A stretch of 64,000 nucleotides of DNA, from the NCBI RefSeq assembly GCF_006345805.1, contig NC_042997.1, forward strand, positions 11,966,001-12,030,000, written 5' to 3'. This DNA comes from Octopus sinensis. Taxonomy: Eukaryota. Of this stretch, positions 26,481-39,138 are shown one piece after another (position 1 is the stretch's first letter; the number at the start of each line of letters is the position of its first letter). A program made the position numbers and the translations under genes. The notes below the pieces were generated by a model, which saw nothing but the letters and a program-made list of their open reading frames with translations, did not search any database and was not told the DNA's origin.

Positions 26481-26920
26481 GAAGGTGAGATGTAAAAGAT
26501 GGGCTACAGCAAATATTCTGTTCAATACCACAGATTTATTTCAACAAGGAGATGAAAAGATAAGATGTAAAATGTAGAAAAGAGGCTTTGCTTATGTAAA
26601 ACATGTTTATTTTCTATTATAGCCTTGCGTACATAAAATTGTCAGCCATTTGCCAACCACTTCTACACACAAATTCCTAACGTCTATATTCAGAACTGTA
26701 CAATTTTTCAGTACCTGAATGCAGTGGTCGGGTTTGTAGGTGGCTCTACTGAAACGCAGGCGGCGGCTTCTCATTCTTGTGTAAATGTAAATGGTTACTC
26801 TGGGCTCCACTGAAGGGAACCTGCTTGGTGGTTGGTGTTTGGGCCTTATCTACTCAGCACCAGAACTCTGTTTTCTTATCAGGATTGTCAAAACCAGTTC
26901 ATCTGAAGCCAATCGAGAGA

Positions 26921-27318
26921 TTTACTCTTTTACTTGTTTCAGTTATTTGACTGCGGCCATGCTGGAGCACCGCCTTTAGTCGAGCAACTCGACCCCGGGA
27001 CTCATTCTTTTTGTAAGCCCAGTACTTATTCTATCGGTCTCTTTTTGCCGAACCGCTAAGTGACGGGGACGTAAACACAACAGCATCGGTTGTCAAGCAA
27101 TGCTAGGGGAACAAACGCAGACACACAAACACACATACATACATATATATATATACATATATATACGACAGGCTTCTTTCAGTTTCCGTCTACCAAATCC
27201 ACTCACAAGGCATTGATCGGCCCGGGGCTATAGCAGAAGACACGTGCCCAAGATGCCACGCAGTGGGATTGAACCCGGAACCATGTGGTTGGTTAGCAAG
27301 CTACTTACCACACAGCCA
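26921..27318 (-). mobile_element. tRNA-derived SINE family B, near full length
   Basis: Reverse complement of tggctgtgtggtaagtagcttgc..ggttccgggttcaatcccactgcgtggcatcttgggcacgtgtctt...gcatggccgcagtcaaat; homologous to 32514-32960. Confidence 0.95.
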
Positions 27319-27477
27319 GAATTTTGATGAACCATAACTTGGGACCCTACCAAACATTACTTGGAGTCCTTCACTAATCTAAGTAATATTGTTAGTTTGG
27401 TGTGCCAACAGGGAGCTTGTGAAGTATTTTGCCTGGATAATCCCTAACTATTTGTTATGTTACACACACATATATAC

Positions 27478-27540
<63 letters not shown>

Positions 27541-28157
27541 GTATGTTACACAGCTGGTGCTGCTAGATCATATTTATTTATGTAATTATAAAATAATTTT
27601 TGTTAGAGTATGATATGTAAAACTCAGCTACTAACATCTGTTGCTATTGCACAAAAACAATTGTGATTTGTAATTAAAACCTGTTTATTGCATCTTCTTG
27701 TTTTACTAGCAGTAATACCCATCGTTGATCGGGCAATTACTTTTACTCTTTCTTGGGAGCCACATTCAAAGTGTTATTATACATATATAGATTTACACCT
27801 CCTGTATGTGTGTATTTTATAAGAAAAACATGTAATAATTGAAGTAGGAAAAAGGTCAATTTCATAGACAAACTTTATTTATTATATGACAAAAATAAGT
27901 GAGTTGTATTTGATATTTTATGGAGCTATACTGAAAGAGAATTTCCCAAAGTACCGCATAGTGAGACTGAACCCAAGGCAACATGGTTGGAAAGCAAGCT
28001 TCTCAACCACACAGCCACGCCTATAAAGGAGATACATTTTGGTTTATATACCCCTTGATACAATATGCTTAGCAAAAATATGGGATGTTTACGGCGAAAA
28101 GACCTTTGATTTTAATATTTACTCGTGCAACGCAACAACTAGCAACGCTACACCATA

Positions 28158-28654
28158 CAGGGTGTTCCAGAATTTACTATCTGCTTCGATGCAATTGAGC
28201 AAATTTTAAAAAAATCTGACAGAATTTTATGTTTATTACCAAAACAAATAGATTTATAAAATTTAAGTCAAGCTTTTATAGAAATTTTTCAACAAATCTG
28301 TATCCCTGCATAATCCCTGCATACTTCAAATATCTCCTTAGCGTTGTGAAACACATTTTGAAGCATTTCATGAGTTAGCTCCTGCACTGCTAACTGAATG
28401 TATTCATTAAGCTCAGCTAAAAGATTTCTCCATCTTGTGGGTGGAGGTAAGGATATGATTGCTGCCAAATTAATAAAAAGCTGTCATGGACAAATAACAG
28501 GGATCCAACTGGAATGAAATTAAAATCATAAACAAAATTCAAAGTTTATACACTTTTAACACATATTGAACATGATTAACATAAATAAAGTGAGTTTTAA
28601 AAAAAAAAATGTATCCGATTTCACTCAGATCATCATCAATTCTAGGACACCCTA
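28158..28654 (-). mobile_element. Short non-autonomous Tc1/mariner-superfamily element (DD37D/maT-like C-terminus)
   Basis: TIRs (TA)cagggtgttccagaatt / aattctaggacacccta(TA); minus frame NLLAELNEYIQLAVQELTHEMLQNVFHN resembles a transposase C-terminal helix. Confidence 0.7.
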
Positions 28655-29664
28655 TATTTACTCGTCCGACTAAACGGGGGAGTGAACACACGGTGGGGGA
28701 CTAATTGCAGGTGGCGAGTGTAGCTTCTGGAAGTGGTCACGCGGTTAAACTCAAATGACTGAGTCATAACAGCAGTTTGTTTTCTTGTACGAACATTTCG
28801 CATTACATAGATCAGATGTGGATGACAGAAAAAGCAGACATAGTGCCGGGCCATGCTAAAACATCAACAAGGTACGTCTGGAGAATGGATGAATGGGTTT
28901 ATTGCACCTTGACCCAGCCGCACACACGCACACTGATGGCGCCGACAAAAATTTTAATGTTCTTATTTCCTCTGTTAAATTGGACAAAAAGGTTTTCATG
29001 AAATATTATACGCTACTTATAAAGCAAAAATATTGTCAATATTTTAGCGTCGGAGAATGGTCTAAAACATAGATAAAACTCAGTGCAGTATACTCAAACC
29101 TGATTAATCTGCATTTTGTTGGGGCTCATAGTCGGCGTCGGAATTTTTTTTTTAGTCAACAGCAATTTCAGAAGCCTGATTAATATTTATTGCAAATTTG
29201 GAGGAAACGACTGGATATGAGCCTTAACAATGTAAATATGCTTTAAAAATGTGGTTTATCTGCCCCTGTTCCCTTCTCCTAAATTTATGGCCTTAAATTT
29301 ATAGCAGAAAGAGGTGATTGACACAGCTCCTATCTGATTCATTATATTTGTCTTAGACGAAATCTGAATTGTTACAGATTTCTTCATTTTTCGAAGTTAT
29401 TTTGCAATTATTTTGTTAATTGTTATTTACTTAAAAGTCGAGCCTTTGTGTATATTTAACAATTGTCCTAATGGCGGTATTATTTCCAACATTACCTGTA
29501 GCTGTTGAATGAAAAATATCCACAATAATAATAAAAGCTCTATTAGTATTAGAGACACCTCTGTAATGTCTGCAACTCATACAATGGGAGAGGCAACAGT
29601 GGTGATGGTGGCAACACAATAACCAAAAAATAAGCAAAGATAATATTAAAATGCATTTCTACAG

Positions 29665-30833
29665 ATGTACATGCATGCGTGCTTTTGAACGGTATTATGG
29701 CTGCCGAAAAACTAAAACTAGATGGTGAGTAACAATACATATGCAGAAAACATGGAATATTTCCTCTCACAGAAATATGTGAACAAACAGGACAATTATT
29801 ATTATGTTTGAATGCATTTTGTACGAGATAAGACAAAACTTAAAGAAGTGCTTAGGGGAGGCTTGTAAGATTTTATCAATGCATGAATTCAGGCCATGCG
29901 TGTACCAGGTGAGTAGGATTTATAGATTAGTGAATCCATTATTAGTTCATTTCTGGATTAGTGAACAAAGCATTTGCTTTGACGAACAAGCGAGGTAAAA
30001 ATGCCTCTTCCATATGTGTTTCTCATAAAATCACGCTTGTGTACATTTATAGAAGTAAAAGATATTATATCAGGGCAATGACAAAACCACGGGCGGTTGC
30101 AGTCATAACACTGTAGTTAGAAGCTGGAATGAAGGGCATTTAACTGTTAATTGTAGCGTAGCAAGCGGTCGCGAATTCTCTTATTGTATATTAGATACAG
30201 ATCTGTGAATTTTATCTGCAGTAATCCATCTTACCGTCAGAAAAAAAAATACATATAACAACAAACAACTTGCACATGCAAGTGCTACCGTATACCGGAA
30301 GCCAGCAAGTGTATGGGGTCATCAGGAGAGAATGCGCGCCGTTTCGGGGCCTACCTCTCGACGGCATCAATGCGCACCGGCTCCCCTCACTGATATGAGG
30401 CCCCGCTTGCTAGATCAGCTGATTATGAAGTTACGCTCAATATCCTCTAGCCATCGCTCATCGTCTTTTTTCAACCAAATCCATTGTAGATTGGATATCA
30501 GTCATGGTAGTATTGACTTTACGATGAGTTAGGCCTAGCGATAACAACAGTCGTCTCGCACTGTGTCCAATGAACCCTCTACATAAGACTTCGATTCTAT
30601 TTGCTGTAGAAAAAAATGCATCTAATACACAGGTTTCCCAGAAACAGCTGTAAGTACTACCAGTACCTATCCTTTTCATCACGTGAAAGTTTCTCACAAG
30701 TGATCCATTATATTTTACATCTCTCTCCAGGAAAATCAACACTAAAGACTTCTCGAATTCTCTTCTACCTCAAACTGGAATTTATTCTTGTACGCCGAAT
30801 TACTACCGAATTTCACCTTCAGATCTTTCCTAG
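29665..30833 (+). CDS. Candidate spliced gene end: exons 29665-29724, 29893-29908, 30610-30649, 30731-30833
   Basis: Donors G|gtgagt, CAG|gtgagt and T|gtaagt; acceptors catttctacag, aattcag, tatttgctgtag, ttttacatctctctccag; 81-nt terminal intron. Two phase-consistent readings exist; no homology recognised. Confidence 0.45.
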
Positions 30834-30871
30834 TATTTTGCTATATTTTATATAAATTTATATATATCGTT

Positions 30872-30916
<45 letters not shown>

Positions 30917-31449
30917 ACGTTATAAAGATATGCTAGAAAATGGTTTTACGCCTTGCGATTGCCTGTTCATATTTTGTCCTATTTTACCTATGTTATCACG
31001 ACAAGTACATTGTTTAACGTCAAATCTTATTTCTTTAGATTTTGCATCGCTGCACTTAGTGTCAGAGTTTACTCACTTGGTTTGCTCTGAGCACTTATGG
31101 TATGTACTTTCTCATCTTTGTCATTTGACGCATTTTTATCTATTACTATGTGTGTGTGAGTCCTTGTGTGCATTTACACATACATAAATACCTACATACA
31201 TGCATACATACATACATATGCACACACATATGTATACGAATATATGAACACACACACACACACACACACAACACACACAACACACATATATATATAATAT
31301 ATATATATATATGTATATACATACATGCACATCTATTTATCTATCTATCTATATCCTGTTGTTCGCTGTGGTCTTCCTTACACGGAACAAAATATTGTAA
31401 AAATTGAAGTAGCCGAAAGATCGAACACAAGGAAAACAGACGACATGAG

Positions 31450-31870
31450 AGGTCTTGATTATTAAAATCGTCTCGAGGAGTCCAGACTTTATTCCCTTCA
31501 AAGCCACTGTGAGTTCTATATCATTTGTATGTTGTGGAAAGTATTCCAACAAAAATGCCCAAATGATTTCGCCATTAGCTTTAAAATTCACCCAAGGCTT
31601 TGTCCATCCGTCATCTACAAAAGTCATGCTCGTATCTCATCACAACATTAAGACAGAATTATGTCACCTTAAGCTACCTTACTCACTTTAATATTCTGCC
31701 AAAGCACATAAGAGAATAAAAAATATCTCCTTAACATCCAAACGGGTCCTAGACGAACATCGTCAACAAATTTGAGTTATACCACCTACACGCAGATATA
31801 TCTCTGCAAATAAAATCTTTACTCGAATGGTTTATGGGACCCAAAGAATGACTAATAAGAAAAATCTTTA
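31450..31870 (+). mobile_element. Very degenerate Penelope-like RT remnant
   Basis: THFNILPKHI resembles the PLE FYxLPKIHK motif, followed by PNGS*TNIV..ISLQIKSLLEWFMGP (PGRPIVS..IS..L.P pattern). Confidence 0.4.
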
Positions 31871-31989
31871 AGTGTCTAGTAATGTTATTCAGTTAGACAT
31901 GGGGACCATACCGAGATACTTATCTAAGAATCTCAGTATCTGAGTACTTACATACATTTGCTTCTGATATTGGACTGGTGTGCTACCTA

Positions 31990-32141
31990 GAGTGTTTTAG
32001 TCGAACAGCTATTAGTTTGAGCGTAGTAACATAGCCAAACAGCTACGTTACGGAGACGTAAACAAACCAACACCCAGTGTCTAGGGACAAACACAAACAG
32101 ACATACTGAGATACAGACATATATGCATATATATATATATG

Positions 32142-32181
<40 letters not shown>

Positions 32182-32300
32182 ATTGTGTGTGTGTATGTAA
32201 ATATGTATGTATATATAGCACGTGCGTGTGCATACGACAGGCTTCTTTCAGTTTCCGTTTACCACATTCACACACAGTGCGACTGAACCAGAAGCCGAAC
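31990..32300 (-). mobile_element. SINE family B, degenerate/partial
   Basis: tacgacaggcttctttcagtttccgt and gacgtaaacaaaccaacacc blocks, inverted relative to 32514. Confidence 0.7.
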
Positions 32301-32355
32301 AGGATACAAACTTCCAACCATATAACTACTCCACCTTGCACCCATGTATGTATGA

Positions 32356-32500
<145 letters not shown>

Positions 32501-32513
32501 TATATATATATTT

Positions 32514-32960
32514 ATAGGCGCAGGAGTAGCTGTTTGGTAAGAGCTTGCTAACCACCACATGGTTCCGGGTTCAGTCCCACTGCGTGGCATCTTGGGCACG
32601 TGTCTTCTGCTATAGCCCCGGGCCGACCAATGCCTTGTGAGTGGATTTGGTAGACGGAAACTGAAAGAAGCCTGTCGTATATATGTATATATATATATAT
32701 ATAAGTGTGTGTGAATATGTTTGTGTGTCTGTGTTTGTTCCCCTAGCATTGCTTGACAACCGATGCTGGTGTGTTTACGTCCCCGTAACTTAGCGGTTCG
32801 GCAAAAAACTTAGCGGTTCGGCAAAAGAGACCGATAGAATAAGTACTGGGCTTACAAAGAATAAGTCCCGGGGTCGAGTTGCTCGACTAAAGGCGGTGCT
32901 CCAGCATGGCCGCAGTCAAATGACTGAAACAAGTAAAAAGAGTAAAAAGAGTAAAGAGTA
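32514..32960 (+). mobile_element. SINE family B, full length, with an internal 20-bp duplication
   Basis: ataggcgcaggagtagctgtttggtaag...ggttcagtccc head; aacttagcggttcggcaaaa repeated at ~32787-32826; (AAAAGAGT)n tail. Confidence 0.95.
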
Positions 32961-32970
32961 TATATTCATA

Positions 32971-33009
<39 letters not shown>

Positions 33010-33313
33010 TATTGTGAGGTTGCAAGACGCAACGAAAATTTTAGAAAAAATAAATGAGTGGAAATCGAACCGGTGAGTGTGTTAAATAATAAGGCATTAA
33101 AAGTGAATGACTATCGCCAACACAATAAAATATGATTCAACACACAAATTCACATAAAAAAATTCACACACACACACATCTGAATGCTATAAATTATCCT
33201 GGCGGATACCGTATGGTTTCGCCAATTTGTATAAATCTCCACCCTCCTCTTCTTTCAATTATATGTATATACATATATATATATATTATATATATATATA
33301 ATATATATGATAA

Positions 33314-34146
33314 ATGAGTGTGCAAAATAGCACCTACAATTCCTAGAAATGGGAGCTAAAATATAATTCGAACAGCCACACCAAATCATTAGTCTCATGA
33401 AATATTCAGGACTACGACCAGTAAGCCACAAAATCTTTCTTCGGCGAGATAAAACCAAAGAATGAAGTAGTTTGATAAAACATTATCACGTAATTTCGAA
33501 ATTTGATTAATAGGATGTTGATTCTCGTCAGAGGTTTCCACAATTACTCTAGGTTAAAACGAAATAGCCTGCACCCCATTCATTCATGGGAAAAATCTTT
33601 GAAAAGCGAGCGGGAACATTCAAAACGATTAAAATGTATAGTATTATACAATAAGATATAATAATAATATATTAAGATATTAATATATATTAAGTACATT
33701 ACAATATATATTTCTTTACTACCCACAAGGGGCTAAACACAGAGAGGACAGACAAAGGGATTAAGTCGATTACATCGACCCCAGTGCGTAACTGGTACTT
33801 AATTTATCGACCCCGAAAGGATGAAAGGCAAAGTCGACCTCGGCGGAATTTGAACTCGGAACGCAACGACAGACGAAATACGGCTACGAATTTCGCCCGG
33901 CGTGCTAACGTTTCTACCAGCACGCCGCCTTTACAATACAATATAGGTTGCTCTAGCAATTAAAACTAAAACGATAAAATTAATAAATAAGTGTGCAAAA
34001 TAGTACCTACAATCGCTAGAAATGAGAGCTAAAATATACCGTTAATATTCGGGACTGAGCAGCAAGTCACATCTTTCTTTGGCGAGATAAACTCACAGAA
34101 TGAAGCAGTTTAATAAAACCTTATCACGTAATTTCGAAATTTGATC
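33314..34146. repeat. Imperfect direct repeat (33314-33510 vs 33988-34146) of an unclassified dispersed repeat
   Basis: gtgtgcaaaatag.acctacaat..ctagaaatg.gagctaaaatata ... ggcgagataaa ... ttatcacgtaatttcgaaatttgat occurs twice. The upstream 33050-33150 segment matches 13745-13850. Confidence 0.7.
33711..33929 (-). mobile_element. SINE family A, well preserved
   Basis: tttctttactacccacaaggggctaaac...gtcgacctcggcggaatttgaactc...gcacgccgcc. Confidence 0.95.
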
Positions 34147-34385
34147 ATGCCCAGCAGAGTTCAAGGTCAATTTGTGCCAAGCGGCTTTACTCTGCATACT
34201 TCAGTTTCCTTAGTATGGCAAAAATCCGTATATTTATTGATCACACCACGTATAAACTGAAAAAAACAGTAGCCAGTTAGTTAATTTTTTGTCTGGGATT
34301 GGTCAAATGATGTAGACACCGCTGATACACGTGTCATTTTTTCAGTCTACGGAGAAATAATTTGCCTTGTTTCTATGTCTATCAT

Positions 34386-34422
<37 letters not shown>

Positions 34423-34625
34423 AATAATATATTGCTGCTTTCTGTTTTTCTTTCCCGTTCCTTTCCTGTCCTTTCTGTCTTCTTGTCCTTCTAACTTCTT
34501 TTCTCTCCTTTCCACTTTTCCCTTTTATCTCCCTCTGGCAGAGCCTCCAGACATTTACGATATACATATGCTTGCACTTACATACACACGCATACATAGA
34601 TAAGCAGACATATGTTCGCACGCGT

Positions 34626-34657
<32 letters not shown>

Positions 34658-34892
34658 CGAAAACATAGATAACGAAAAAAAGAAATTGTCTTCTACATTG
34701 TTTAAAAGGTAAAACATTCTCTGTAAAAACCATATCTGATGAGTCTCCGAAACGAATAAGAGGAAAGCGCTAATAAATAATTATCAAAATTTCTGACTAC
34801 CTACTTTTTCTTAATAAAACACATCTGCATACCACCTAAAAAAATCCATATATACACACGCACATAAATACGTACATATGTACACACACATG

Positions 34893-34933
<41 letters not shown>

Positions 34934-35393
34934 ACACGCACACACACATACGCACACAAATACACTAGCAGAAAATGGTAGATTTTCAGACACTCTGGAT
35001 TCATCAGTTGAAACTCCGATGACGTACCGTACATACATACTTATATACCTTCCTACCTACCCACCTACCTACCTACCTACCTACCTACCTACTTACATAC
35101 CTACTTACCTACCTACCTACCTACCTACCTACTTACCTACCTACTTACCTACGTACATACCTACCTACCTACCTGCTTACCTACCTACCTACATGCCTAC
35201 CTACCTACCTATCTACCTACCTACCTACATACCTACCAACATACCTACCTACCTACCTACCTACCTGCATTCATGCATACATATATTCGCATGCTCTCAC
35301 ACACAAAAATACACATGTATGTGTGTGTGTGTGAATGTCACATTGTGCTTTTTTGTAAATGTACGCGTGTGTGTCTTTAAGATCAATTGTATC

Positions 35394-35468
35394 GACTTCA
35401 AAATTTCGGCCAGTTAATGGGTCATCGAATTCTCCTATGATAGCTTAACTGGCCGATACTTCGAAGTC
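35394..35468. ncRNA. Pre-miRNA-like hairpin (candidate)
   Basis: GACTTCAAAATTTCGGCCAGTTAA..TCAT [CGAATTCTCCT] ATGA..TTAACTGGCCGATACTTCGAAGTC: ~32-bp stem with 6 mismatches and an 11-nt loop, in unique sequence. Confidence 0.3.
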
Positions 35469-35583
35469 ACTGTCAATACTAATCTTGTTAAAGAGCAATA
35501 AATTTGAATCCTTCCAAATGTAATGAGTAATCCTTCAATTTAATGTAAAACTGGTTTAATTATAGCATAAAAATAAACAATAA

Positions 35584-35615
<32 letters not shown>

Positions 35616-35652
35616 ATCTATCTATATATATATATATATAAATAAATAAATA

Positions 35653-35752
<100 letters not shown>

Positions 35753-36220
35753 CATACATATGTAACGATAAAAAGAATTCTGTGAACTTACCGTGAGGAG
35801 TGGAAATAATGTTTTCTTCAGGGAGAAAGTTGAAGGGAAATTAATCAGACACATGGGAAGCTCAGTGTGTGTGTGTGCCTCTGTGTGTGTGCCTGTGTGT
35901 CTTTGTTCCCCACTCCTTTAGAAAAAGTTTTCGTTTGTTTACGTTCCTGTAATGTAGCGTTTTGGCAAAAAAAAAGATCGTTAAATGAATACCAGACTTA
36001 AAATACGCTACGTATGGCGGACGATTTGATTGGGTAAACGTTTCGAGACGGTGCCCCAGCAAGGTCGCAGTTCAGTGACTGAAACACTTAAAATATACAA
36101 GAATTTAATGAGCATCATAGAAAAGTGGATATAATTCCGCGGAAATAAAGATAATTTCTCAAGTTAATACATATTCGCAGAGAACGGATAGCCTGGTATT
36201 TGTGTGTAGTCAATGAACAA

Positions 36221-36262
36221 CTATGGACATATGTTTCGGTCTATGGCAGCTCATCATCACAA
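36221..36262 (-). ncRNA. Degenerate type I hammerhead ribozyme motif (PLE type)
   Basis: TTGTG ATGATGA G..C GAAAC ATAT GTC CATAG: palindromic ACATATGT stem III, GUC triplet, stem I pairs; C3 replaced by A and stem II damaged. Confidence 0.5.
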
Positions 36263-36819
36263 TGAAGTCTTATCGGGCTTTCAGGTCAGCGGATATATTA
36301 TTTTCTTCTTCTAAGTACATGGAGGAGTAATGTATATTTTTGGCCTGAATAATTTGCATAACTAAAAACACGAAACATATTAATAAATAAAATGGAATAA
36401 GCCAATGGCGTAAATTTGGATAATTAAGTTAAAGTGTGATGCACTGACTGCCGTACGCAGTGAATTCCTTAATTTAATGAATGTTCTCTTTGAGATGGAA
36501 AAAGAAAAGAAAAATCCTATCGGCAGTCAGTTTATATATATATATATATATAATATACATCCATCCCTTTCACATATGTACTTACATGTATACATACATA
36601 CATCATATATATATATATACATTTTCATACATACATACGTATAAGTATATACGATAGAGAAGACAGAAAATTTATGTATGACCTAGCGGCAGTTGTCATG
36701 CACACACGCGCGCGCACAGACACATACACATGCACATATATATGCATGTATGTGTAAGTGTAAACATGCATATTTACACACACACACACATACACACACA
36801 TATATGTATATATTCATAC

Positions 36820-36867
<48 letters not shown>

Positions 36868-37072
36868 GTGTCTTCATATTTATATATATATACATATGTT
36901 ATAATTTATAACAAACAGTAAAAAGTTGTCATTATAGTACTCTTTGCTGTTATTATTATTATTATTATTATTATTATGATTATTATGATTATTATTATCA
37001 TCATATATATATATCTATATAATATATATAATATATATATTAATATATATGTATTATATATATGTATATATA

Positions 37073-37110
<38 letters not shown>

Positions 37111-37118
37111 ATATATTG

Positions 37119-37247
<129 letters not shown>

Positions 37248-37814
37248 TATATATATATATATTATATATGTACAGAACATAGAAGATGGGCAATTTATGT
37301 ATAAGCTATAAAAGCTATATTATATATATATATATATTATATATATGTGTGTGTGTGTTGTAATAATCGTCTATACAATCAAATATACAACTAGTGCTGT
37401 CATGTTTATAGCTCCACCTCGATGTTCATAACTCGGTCTACTTTCTGTATAACATTTAGTTAACTTTGAAATTGAGTAGTATTAAGAGTTATGAACTACA
37501 GATTAAATGTAAGGAAGATAAGAATAAACACATGCTTATATTAAAGTTCCTCCGCCTGTTCGGTCAATACGGCTGTTTGGAGTTCTGCGATGTTCCAAAT
37601 GCGTATAGATGGTGAACCATAACGCCAGCTCAGGGAACACCTTATTGTATCAGGTTAAGGATCACTATATACCAAAGTATGCGATGTTGCTAACCATTTA
37701 TATATGCATTTGGAACATCTATCGTTGGCTCCAAACATCCAAAAGAGTGAAATGCACATAGGAACTTATGTATACTCTTGTACTTTTACTTATATATATA
37801 TATATATATATATA

Positions 37815-38010
37815 TAATAGAAAATGGGACAAGAACGCAAAATATCAGGACAGCTAGGTGATACAAAAGGGGACAACAAAACATCCAGATAGACAATACA
37901 AAGAAAACAAGGAGGGGGTCATTCGAATTTTTCTTTCCTCAGTCAAGCACCAGATTATTCTCGCAGTTTCCGCTACCACAATCTTTCCACCCTGGAGACG
38001 AGGTGACCGG
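37815..38010. mobile_element. Dispersed repeat, probable PLE terminal fragment
   Basis: tagaaaatgggacaagaacgcaaaa...gggacaacaaaacatccagatagac, adjacent to a (TA)n tract; family assignment is by recall only. Confidence 0.35.
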
Positions 38011-38260
38011 CTTTACAGTAACGCTTGTATGCATCCACGACTGGTTGCATAGCCTTAGCTTTTCCACATTCCATCTGCGAACATCTGTATTTTATTACTC
38101 AATATAAAATTGTTCTCTAAATATATGAATATGTATATGCTTATACAAGAATGGTCAACCTCTGAATAATTTCAGTTTTTGTTTCTCTCTATATATATAT
38201 TTACATGTATGTATGTATGTAATCATGTATGTATATATGTATGCATGCATCTATGTATGT

Positions 38261-38643
38261 GGAGGCGCAATGGCCCAGTGGTTAGGGCTGCGGACTCGTG
38301 GTCATAGGATCGCGGTTTCGATTCCCAGACCGGGCGTTGTGAGTGTTTATTGAGGGAAAACACCTAAAGCTCCACGAGGCTCCGGCAGGGGATGGTGGTG
38401 ATCCCTGCTGTACTCTTTCGCCACAACTTTCTCTCACTCTTACTTCCTGTTTCTGTTGTACCTGTATTTTCAAAGGGCCGGCCTTGTCACTCTCTGTGTC
38501 ACGCTGAATATCCCCGAGAACTACGTTAAGGGTACACGTGTCTGTGGAGTGCTCAGCCACTTACACGTTAATTTCACGAGCAGGCTGTTCCGTTGATTCG
38601 GATCAACCGGAACCCTCGTCGTTGTAACCGACGGAGTGCTTCC
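38261..38643 (+). mobile_element. SINE family C, young full-length copy
   Basis: A-box TGGCCCAGTGG, B-box GGTTTCGATTCC; 13-bp TSD catctatgtatgt. Confidence 0.95.
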
Positions 38644-38969
38644 ATCCATCCCATCCCATCTATGTATGTATGTATGTATGTATGTATGTATGTATGTATA
38701 TATGTATGTATGTATGTATGTATATATGTATGTATATATGCATGTATGTATGTATGTATGCATGCATGTCTGTATGTATGTATGCATGTATGCATATATG
38801 TATGCATGTGTATATGTACGTATGCATGTAGGTACGTACGTATGTATGTATATACGTATGTATGTATATTTTATTTATCAAGCCCAAACGTATTTATTTC
38901 CCTCCCTATCAGTGTCCTCTGCTCCAATATGGCCGCGGTTTAACGAGTGAAGTAAGTAAAAGTTAAAAG

Positions 38970-39029
<60 letters not shown>

Positions 39030-39094
39030 GTCTGCGTGTCTGTCTAATTCTCTGTCTGTCTATGTATCTGTCTATCTACACACACACCACACAC

Positions 39095-39131
<37 letters not shown>

Positions 39132-39138
39132 CCATATA

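Noticed and set aside
26690-26915. GC-richer segment read as an exon on either strand
   Set aside because: Several frames are partly open but splice signals conflict and there is no homology; may be an old repeat fragment.
34990-35030. CTGATGA...GAAAA on the minus strand as a hammerhead
   Set aside because: Stems I and III cannot be formed around a cleavage triplet.
38261-38335. tRNA genes at SINE heads (also 14277, 16395, 32514, 50499)
   Set aside because: A/B boxes are present but there is no full cloverleaf, and each continues into a SINE body, most with TSDs.
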